A stretch of 64,000 nucleotides of DNA, taken from NCBI GenBank assembly GCA_038496445.1, contig JALMLS010000271.1, positions 124,001 to 188,000 on the forward strand, written 5' to 3'. Below the pieces are notes generated by a model that saw only the letters and a program-made list of their open reading frames with translations, ran no database searches and was not told the DNA's origin. Position numbers and translations under genes: made by a program. The DNA is from Trichosphaerium sp. ATCC 40318 (taxonomy: Eukaryota; Protista; Tubulinea). Below, one piece after another: positions 55,114 to 64,000 of this stretch (the first letter of the stretch is position 1; each line of letters opens with the position of its first letter).

Positions 55114-56739
55114 ATGAACCCAATCACTTTATCATCGCCGAGACGTGATCAAAATAACACAGAAGAAAACAAAGCAGTCCTTACACCGGAAACGCTAAAA
55201 AACGAACTACATAGCCTTGAGATAGAAAGAGCAAGCGTAGCTAGACGCTTACAGGAGATTGATACAAAGATTGCGTCTTTAAAGGGCGAATTAAGTAGCA
55301 TGTCAACGTTACGAAGACGATTCTCGGCGTTTAGCATAGCAAACACGTACGCATTCTATTAATGAGATCCACAACTGCTTTTTTCGAACGACTGGATTAA
55401 CGCTTTCGTACTAGAGGCCTAGACGTTGATAAAATGCCTCCAGGGACTATCATTAAGGTACTAACGCTTATTAAATGGCCTCAGAATACGATTGAAGTTA
55501 AAAATGACATTTTCCATCTCCGTCATGTTTTCGCTGTTTTCTTATTACTAAAATCTCTTCTCCTATTTAGCAAACAACACAGATTGAAGCAGAATTCTAT
55601 AAAAACATACAAGATTTCTTACCAGCGGAGTTATTGTCCTACACAATAGCTTGTCATGGAACTATGTACAGACCCTTGAGAATTACCAAGAAATACGATA
55701 TTGCACTTGCAAATATCTCCCATGGTACGCCTAACTCCAAATTTGTTTTGTGAATTGTGCAATGAAATATTTTTGTCACATTTGATTCTTTTTTTTTCAG
55801 TGAATGGTGTCGCTATTGGTTGTTCCTTTATGTACTTATATATTACCTAGGTATGAAGCATCCATGTCTTTTGAAGCTTCGCATAGGTCAATCAAATCGT
55901 AGATCATCTATTAGCTTCTACAACAAATCAGTTGTCACAAAAGAAAAACTGGGATTTCGCATCATTGGTACTCTTCATACTACCTTCAATATTGGTTTTT
56001 TTAATTTTTGATAGCCGCTCAACATTGGAGAGAGGATGAGAAAGCCTATATCCAGCACGATGTTGACAAGATTCAGGTGTCAAAAGTGCATGGATGGCTT
56101 AAAGATTTTTTCAACAATGGAGATGGGATTCGACTCAATACAATTCGTGCCTTGTTACCACAGTTAAAAGATATATGTAGCAGTGTTTCTACGTTAAAAA
56201 AAGTACAATTAACAGAAACTGGAATACTTATTTTATACGACGCTGATAGTACAGGATCAGTAGCACGTACGAAAACATTGTTGTTTTGTTTTGTTTTTTT
56301 TTTTTTTGACTTGAGTCACTTGTTACTTCATTTCTAAATCATTTTTTGTTTGTAAACTACACCCTTTTCATTTATGAAATATCATCTATTCTCTAGAGAA
56401 CTTTTTAATTGACTATCCTTCATTTTGTTCAAATGAAGACGACTTGACTTTTTTTTTTTGACAATTCTATATTATTTTTGTAACTTTTTTCCCCGTTTAG
56501 ATGTTGTTATGCTTGATTTCGCTAAGGCTAGAAAAAGCACAGAAGTTGATATGAATTATATGTATGGTATTGAGATGATTATATACCATTTGGAAGAGAT
56601 CCTAGAGGAGGCTGAAGAGACTGATGGTGAAGTAGATTCTGAACTTTGCAACACATTTGAATCTGAAGCTTCTGTTGTTACAGTTACCGAAGATGACACA
56701 TTAGAGTTTACAGAATCAGGTTCAGAAATAACATTCTAA
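55114..56739 (+). CDS. Inositol polyphosphate kinase (IPK) fold protein with degenerate catalytic motif and N-terminal coiled coil
   Basis: LANISHGMKHPCLLKLRIG, LGFRII, TGILILYD and VVMLDFA...NYMYGI align with IPK motifs LENL..PCVLDLKMG, LGFRI, SSLLFVYD and MIDFA. Confidence 0.75.
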
Positions 56740-57449
56740 GCCTCAAACACACTAGTAAAAAAAAATACCGCTTTTGTAACACCATCATCAAATCCAACTC
56801 AGAAATTGAAGTTGAGCTCAATAAATAAAAACAGCCCACGTGAAAGTGATTGCATATTTTTCTTCATGTAGTAGCAATCTTCTCAGACTTTTACTCGAGA
56901 AGCTAACAGTCCTTGGTCAACAAGCATTACTCAATACTATGTTACGGATATAAGTTTTGCAATTAATTGGTTTGACATGTCAAACAATAAAAAATGGAGA
57001 AAGAAGACAATAAATATAGTTGATAATTTGAATTCAAAAAAAACTATCTCGCAATATTCCTTCAATGGCGCAATATCACGTACTGCGTACTTGGTTCTTA
57101 GAGCATATATGTTGCATGTAGCCCTTTTGTGAATAATGACGTTATCTATTACGTTATTAAGACCACGTTTTCTAGTCTCCTTTACTCCTTTACTATTACC
57201 GAATTTCGCATAAAATACAACGTCATGCAATTTCCGGCTCGAGTGCCGGGTCACGTATTTTTGGAGTTGACTGCCTTTTTCGCTTATGTTTATATTTATA
57301 TTGCGTCATTGCACATTTTTGGCTAGTAATAGGAATAAATCGTGACTGAACATGACTTTTTGCCCATAAGCTCCGTATTGGCTACCAAACAACAGTAAAG
57401 GCATTTAAACAGTTCTGGTTTTAGCCCAGAAAGGGCATAGTCAAGATAT

Positions 57450-60066
57450 ATGGCATTAGATAATCAAATTAACGATCCTAAAGTTTTGGAGTTATATTAC
57501 CCAAAGCAAGAGATTGGTAGAGGTGTACGTGGTTATAAACCAATATGAAGCTATTATCCCGTACCATAAGAACACCGCCAGTTAACGCGGAAACGTAGGC
57601 ATACGGGAGCGTATGGGAATGTACAGACAATGAAAGCGGTGCCGTTATTGCCATAAAAAAGATAATAGATGCATTTCAGAACGCTCTAGATGCACAGCGA
57701 ACCTTTAGGTATACACATATGCTTACTTAGAGGCTGTCTTTCTCTAACCTGTTTTTTCTTTTAGGGAAATTGTCCTATTACGCGCTTGCGCGCACCACGA
57801 GAACGTGGTATCCCTACTGGACGTTATACCAGCGAATAACTCGCGAGACATGTACTTAGTTTGCGAGTATCTACGTGCGTAGACAAAAACGACTAAATTA
57901 CCCTAAAAACCGTGGCACAGTAACACGTTTTACTTTGTTTTGTCGGCTACTAGAGTAAAAGCCCTTCTTGCCCCGAAAATTGCTCATTTATAATCAAAAC
58001 ATTGTACTTATGCTGTTTTTATAGCGACTGACTTGCATACGGTTATTCGTGCGAATATGTTAGAGGATATTCATCAACGTTATATTATTTATCAGCTACT
58101 CAAAGTCCTCATGTATATACATTCTTGTGATATCCTTCACAGAGATATAAAGGTAAGCGACGAGTAGACAACTTCGACTTTTACACAACCAAAAGCGTAG
58201 TTTTACGTAAAACCCAAAAATATGCTAAAAAACCATTTCAATGACATTTTTGGTTGCCATTGGAGTAATTCAAAGACAACGAAAAAAAAAACCCAAAAAA
58301 AAAGAATACCAAACCGGGAACAGTACTACGCGTTTTTTCGAACAAAATGCGCTGTATGGGCTACTGTACACATTTTGCGTACCAAAGGTGTTGCCGCATA
58401 CGAAAATACGTCAAAAACGATTTTTTTGCGTAAATTTGAACCTTATTTTCCGCGTAATGAAGCGCTTGTCTACTTGTATTTTTTGCATACGTTTTTTTCT
58501 GCAATTGTTTTTTTTTTACCAATTGGGGCCTTATTCTTCAAAATGTTATTTTTCATGTTGCTTATTATGTTGTTGAATAGCCAAGCAATATTTTAATGGA
58601 TTCTGCTTGTAAAATTAAACTATGCGACTTTGGGTTAGCAAGGAAGCTTGGTGCTATGGCTGAGCCAACAGAAAAACAAAATAAACAAGGAAAAGTACGT
58701 CAACAATAACATTAAGACAACAATGAACTTCTATTTGAAAGACTATGCGAAATTCAGCTTGGACACATTTTTTTTTCGAATTTTTGGAGGTTTTGTTTTA
58801 ACCTGTATGCGTAGATAATGACTGATTATGTTGCTACTCGATGGTACAGAGCACCAGAGGTGCTTGTTGGATCATCTCATTACACTATGGGTTCGTTCTC
58901 TTCTCGAAATTTAAATTGATGTCTTTTACAACTATAAAAACGCGGGGTAGTATTTTTTTTACTGTCAACTCGTTCACAAACTATGAGAGCTTACTTGACG
59001 AGTTGTTAAAACACTAACATAATTTTTTTAGCTGTGGATATGTGGTCTGTTGGTTGTATTCTTGGCGAATTATTGAATAGTAAGCCCATGTTCCGAGGCA
59101 ACTCTACAGGCGATCAATTGGATAAGATTTTACAGTGGAATGGTATACCATCAGAAGATGATATTGCAACATTACATTCAGAGTATGCAATGCGAATGAT
59201 CAAGTACGGTTTTTTTGTCTTTTTAATTTTTTTGATTCTGACGTTGTTCCCAAAAAAAATAGGTCACGAAAGAAGCCTGTACGTAAATACGCAGAGCAAG
59301 TATTCCCTGGATCACCTCCTGACGCAGTGGACATTTTAAAAAAATTATTGGCGTTCAACTCTGAGAAGAGGCTAGCAGCTGGGGTATGTACATTTTTTGT
59401 TTGTTTTTCTTCTCAAACATGAACTAGGATGCCCTACAACATGGCTATATTAGTGAGTTTCTCAATACAGAACCACAGCCGGTATGTGAACAAGAGATAA
59501 CCATGGCTCTTCCTGAAGACAAGCGTTGCACGTGCGTTTATATTTATAAATGTTAAGTGATGCTTATTTGGTTTTTTTGACTAGGCCTGATAAATACAGA
59601 GAGGTGCTTGCGTCCATGTATGAAAAAAAGAGAAGGAAACGACATAGCTCGTCTAGACACAGCAAAGATCTTCTAAAAACAACAGCACAGAGTTCAGACG
59701 ATGATAGTCTGTCACCTGTGCATTCACCTACGACGCTAGATGCACAAAAACGAGAGAAAAGAAAGAGCAGACGAAGTAAGTTCCATCTCTTTTTTTGGAC
59801 AAATTTATGAGCTTTTTTCAAAACTACGTAGCTTACACGTTTGTAAAGAAAAGAGGCACAAGTCATCTAAGTCTGGGAGCAAAGATAAAGGTAGTAGTAA
59901 GTCTGTACGACAAGAACGGCGAAAATCATCGTCCTCGTATGGTAAATCCGGCTTGAAAAAAACTCAGTCTGATGAGCTCAAGAAAAAGACTATACACCGA
60001 GGAGAGGACGATGATCAAGATGTTTCCGAAGGACAGTCTCTAGACCAAGGGACTGAAGAGGAGTAA
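57450..60066 (+). CDS. MAPK15: Atypical MAP kinase ERK7/8 (MAPK15/erkB-type) with basic Ser-rich tail
   Basis: [56 protein letters not shown] (TDY loop). Confidence 0.9.
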
Positions 60067-60430
60067 ACGCAAAATAAGGAGTTTTGGGTGAAGGAGTCAT
60101 CAACATGAGAATTTTTTAAGAAAAATTACTTCCTCTTGCTGATGACCTTCCTCATGACTCTCTTTTCGTTTGTATGCCTTCACCTATTTTTAAAGTATTT
60201 ATTTTACTTTGAAATTGGGGTATTAGGGTATATACGATGAAATTGCGTTAGTATAGCGTTCAAAAAAAAAACAAAGAAAACTAAACATTTTTTTGATGAA
60301 AAAAAAATTAACGACTTTTTTTGTTTCACTCAAAATAGTCGTCATTTTTTACCGCTGTGGCTATAGTAGTTGGTCAACTACGACCACAAATTGTACCATA
60401 AATAAACACTAATTTATTCACGGATACAAG

Positions 60431-60639
60431 TTGTCATGAGCGAGTTTACCAATCACTTTGTGGAAAAATGGAAAATCTAGTGGAAAAACGGAAATGTTTT
60501 TTCACCCTCAACATGACAAATTACGGCTTCAGCCACCAGACATGGCGCCATGGCACTCCGGCTCTCAACAAAGAGAAGGTTATGTCGTATACCCCTTGTG
60601 TGAGTGTATGTACTGGGCCTGCAACTCCGTTTTACATTT
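60431..60639 (+). ncRNA. Candidate box H/ACA RNA (~205 nt)
   Basis: Hairpin 1 closed by GTCATG/CATGAC, H box AAATTA (60518-60523), hairpin 2 closed by CGG/CCG with internal GACATGGC/GTTATGTC and CGTATAC/GTGTATG stems, then ACA (60634-60636) and TTT. Confidence 0.5.
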
Positions 60640-60988
60640 TTCCACAGTTTTGTGACAATTAGGCGTATTACCCGCACAAGGTATCATAGCGTTGCTACGC
60701 AAACAAAGTGTCTCAGTCGTGACTAGCCAAGTGCAACTGCGCAAGTGATTTCTTAGTTTAGCGCAAGTGATGTACAGTAATCACAGCTACAATCTTGAGA
60801 CTTATTTTGAGGTACTAGCTATGCTTAACCTTTTTCCAGTGGCGGAGAATGCATAGTGGGTTGTAGTAAAGGCTGGTAAGCATCGATAAGTATAGAAAAA
60901 ATGTGAGCAAATAAGGGTTGATATCTCTTAATTTGGAAAAACAAGGGCTTGCTTAGCCTTAAAACCAAAATATTTTGTCACCAACAAC

Positions 60989-61186
60989 ATGATATCACGA
61001 TACATTCTGTTACTTTTAGTCTTGACCCTTGCAGTCGTTACTGTAGTTGAGGCTAGTAGTCGTCGTCAACATAACTGTTGTACTAAAGTAGCGGCTTCTA
61101 AATGTTATTTCTACACAGATACATACTGGACCTGTCGCAGCTTACAATATAACCGTTGCCGTCGTACTTGGTGGCAATGTATGTAG
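60989..61186 (+). CDS. Small secreted 6-Cys peptide
   Basis: Signal MISRYILLLLVLTLAVVTVVEA, dibasic RR, then QHNCCTKVAASKCYFYTDTYWTCRSLQYNRCRRTWWQCM. AATAAA about 50 nt downstream. Confidence 0.8.
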   Translation: MISRYILLLLVLTLAVVTVVEASSRRQHNCCTKVAASKCYFYTDTYWTCRSLQYNRCRRTWWQCM

Positions 61187-61587
61187 GGAGGTATTATTTA
61201 GACGAATTATGATAAAAAGGGACCCTATGTAAGATAATAAAAGCTTATTCTCGTAGTACTCCTTTGGTTTTTTTGCATTTACAAATGTTTCGTAGTATCA
61301 TTTTTGGAGCGTTTTACCCTTTTGATGCAGCTTATCTATCTTTGTTGTGATGAGTAAGATACATTGTATTAGTTGCCTGACTCTCATGGATCCAAGGCAG
61401 CTGTGGCGATAATTTGAAACCCAATTCAAGTGCGGGATCCACACTTCCTTGGTTTGAAGACGCTGCAGCGTACATAAACCCGATGAAGCCCTTGGAAACA
61501 ATGATAGATTCGTCAGTATTTCAAAACGCATCAGAATTATTCTAGGATAGCAAATGTCAAGTTATTGATTTTTAAACAAGTATGTCT

Positions 61588-61952
61588 TAACGCCCTTCCG
61601 TTATGAATACAAGCAATATTCATATTCATTGTCCCGTAAGCCATATTCATTAATATTCATTCATGAATATTCATGGGCGTTTGGTGAGTCAGGATGTTGA
61701 GGAGCTTTGGTTTGTAGCACCTAGCAATGTTCCTAATGGATAGATTCAACAAGTTGCATTTGAAAACCGAATCGGAATAGTCAACAGAACACCAAAACCC
61801 ACAAATCCAGTCAAAATCAGCCATCAAATTGCACAATTTTCTGCCGTTTACTGTGTGCATGAATAATGAATGAATTTTTTTAGTCGTGAATATTTGTGAA
61901 TGTAGGCTGTATTTGAATATTCAAATTATTCATTCATAACGCAAGGGCGCTA
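61588..61952. mobile_element. Non-autonomous hAT-type MITE (365 bp)
   Basis: TIRs TAACGCCCTTCCGTTATGAAT / ATTCATAACGCAAGGGCGCTA (19/21 match). Exact 8-bp TSD GTATGTCT at 61580-61587 and 61953-61960. Subterminal TATTCAT/TGAATA repeats. Confidence 0.9.
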
Positions 61953-61997
61953 GTATGTCTAATAACCCTTTTTTTTTTATTTATTTGTAATCAAGCC

Positions 61998-64000
61998 TCA
62001 AAATGGGTTACTGCTATTAAATGCACCAGAGGCAGGAAGCGATAGCGCTGACTTCTTCTTACTAGGCGTTTTGTTCTTGTCGAATACACCTCTACCAAAG
62101 TATCGTGCAACCACTGAGAACCCATCCACTGCACCTTCCAACTAGACGTATAGGTTAGCTGGGCAACGACAAACGATCCAAGTGTGCCAATTCGTACCTG
62201 TCTAAAAAATGCATTGTTCTGCTGTGAACCCTCCAAGTACGCGTTCTCCATGTTTAATAAGTTGCCCAACTCCTTGTTGCACTTTGGGCACTCCTCGCCC
62301 TCTCCAAGGCATCGTTGACAGTATGAGTTGCCACAAGCACAATGAAGCGCAGGTAGATCAAGTACGAGTCCACAATTAGTGCAATTTCTGCTTTGGAAAA
62401 CTACAACACTAAAAAAAAACGATCGTTTAACAAACACTTCCTTCTAATAATGTTGACGCACCCTGTTGTCAGTTTCTTGACAGCTGCTCTGTTCTTCTCT
62501 GTTTCTTCCTTGGTTCTGATAATATTCCTGCAAGAGGGAGGCGGGGTTAGTCGCATTTGATCCAAAATCCTGAAAAGACAAAAGTATGTCTGTGTCTATT
62601 GTTACTCACCTCCTGTTTTCTTCAATCTTTCGTTGCTCACGTTGAAGGTTTCTTACAAGGTATTCTTTAATCAATCCCAGTGTTGCTGCTTCTGTTTTTG
62701 ATAGCATCTGAATGACACGAAGAGGAGGTAGAATGTTATCATGCTCAATATCTAACATAGAACAATTCAGCAAAAAAAAAAAAGAGAATTCAATAAATTG
62801 ATTGCAAAAAGACGGAGATTGTTGGTTTATACATACGTGTCAACACCTCGTGTATGTGTCCAGCAACTGCAGATCTCGTCGACTCATCACCTGTATAACG
62901 GGATGCAAAGTAATGTAATGCTCTAACCCAAAGGGATGGATCCTTGTCGCTACTCAATGGTCAAACAAACAAGGAGAAGCCGAAAATCGAATCCAATTCT
63001 TTTTTTTCTTCAAAAAAAAAAGCAAAACGTACCCGTTCTTCTTACAAGCCAACAATACGCGCGGCAAGTCGCTTTTGTCCATGTAATAATGCAATACCTC
63101 ACTATACATCTCCATGGCTTCATATAAGTACAATACACCTTCTTCGTACTCGGCTGCTTTGCATAGAATCAACGCTTGTCCTTTTGTGTACTCGCCGCTG
63201 CTGTCACTAGTCGAAACTGGTTAGTGATTTCAAATACCAGAGGGACGTGTATATCGCACGTCATGATGGCTATCGCCTTTTCTTGGAGCTTTGCACGTTC
63301 TTCTTCAAGCGCTCTATCTCCTGTGTCTGTTAAGCGTTGTCCACCAAGTGAGAGTGGTGCGTCTTGCTCTAGAGGCTTCAAGTAGAGCTGTAGCAATGTG
63401 TCATTGATCGTCTTTGTCTTTTTGTTGCTCTGTCTCATAAACTCCAAAAACTCGCGGAGGTACATTGGGTGGTTAACATAGATCGGTATTAACTTTTCAG
63501 GAAGTGTCTATTGCGCGCAAGTAGCGGATTAGTGTTTACACATTCGAAGAGGAAAAAAAACACAAAAACAGGTTGGTGTGGGCGTTTACCTCCTTGTCGA
63601 CTCCTTCGGCCTTTCCTCGTCTAGCAAATGGACCTTGGTTCTCTTCTTGCTTTTTCTGCTCTATTGTCTTTTCAGCTGGTACGTAGTTGGTACAGAGATC
63701 CTTTAGAAGCTGTGTAGTCTCATCCGGTAAGTGTGTCACCAATGTCTTTCCGTATTTCAGCATACTCTCTGCTGTCTCTGCAAAAGGGAGCGTGCGTAGG
63801 TATTCTAGCGCTTCAGATGCTTTATTCAAATCCTACATGTTCTCATTAATCAAAACAACACAGAAACTGAAAAAAAAAAAAAAGTTGTAATTGCGAATAG
63901 AGCTGTGTACCTCAAGCAGAATCTTCAAGTACCAGTAGTTCTCGTTGTAACGACGAGCCAGATCAAGGGCGTGGTCATAGTAGCTGGCCTGTCTACATAC
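61998..64000 (-). CDS. VPS11: VPS11 (HOPS/CORVET subunit), 3' part only
   Basis: LKYGKTLV...PDETTQLL, LPPLRVIQMLSK...TLGLIKEYL, C-terminal RING, and FFRQLEGAVDGFSVVARYFGRGVF (VPS11_C-like). Confidence 0.9.

Noticed and set aside
58153-58580. Long MAPK intron with ORFs 58222-58596 and 58241-58576; possible nested gene or snoRNA
   Set aside because: Low-complexity A/T-run translations, and no convincing C/D or H/ACA boxes found.
60458-60677. Three overlapping short ORFs
   Set aside because: No protein features. The region is better explained as a structured RNA.

Overview
Eukaryotic, AT-rich, gene-dense DNA with many short spliceosomal introns (dominant donor GTACGT). The gene set (PH-CRIB PAK, ERK7/8-type MAPK, receptor Tyr kinase, NDUFAF7) fits an aerobic protist, probably an amoebozoan (inference). 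Intron-rich housekeeping genes: MetRS, aldo-keto reductase, MFS transporter, PAK, S10 carboxypeptidase, RTK, sterol glucosyltransferase, UMP-CMP kinase, NDUFAF7, cystinosin, an IPK-like protein, MAPK15 and VPS11. Between them lies accessory material, densest at about 17-35 kb. It includes a family of secreted Cys-rich peptides with an invariant signal peptide, hypervariable mature region and shared promoter motif. It also includes F-box-like/LRR, F-box-like/MORN and BTB genes with their decaying copies, an RxxxxH (HEPN-like) gene pair, and several inverted duplications. Window-wide, the palindrome CACGTG is strongly over-represented (56 copies by hand count, about 6 expected) and overlaps several GC-AG splice donors (GCACGT). 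Also present: a hAT-type MITE with an 8-bp TSD, a candidate H/ACA RNA, an aegerolysin-like domain fused to the sterol glucosyltransferase, and a probable IPK pseudokinase. Gene models were spliced by eye. At least one apparent homopolymer indel occurs in a conserved gene, so single-frameshift pseudogene calls are provisional.
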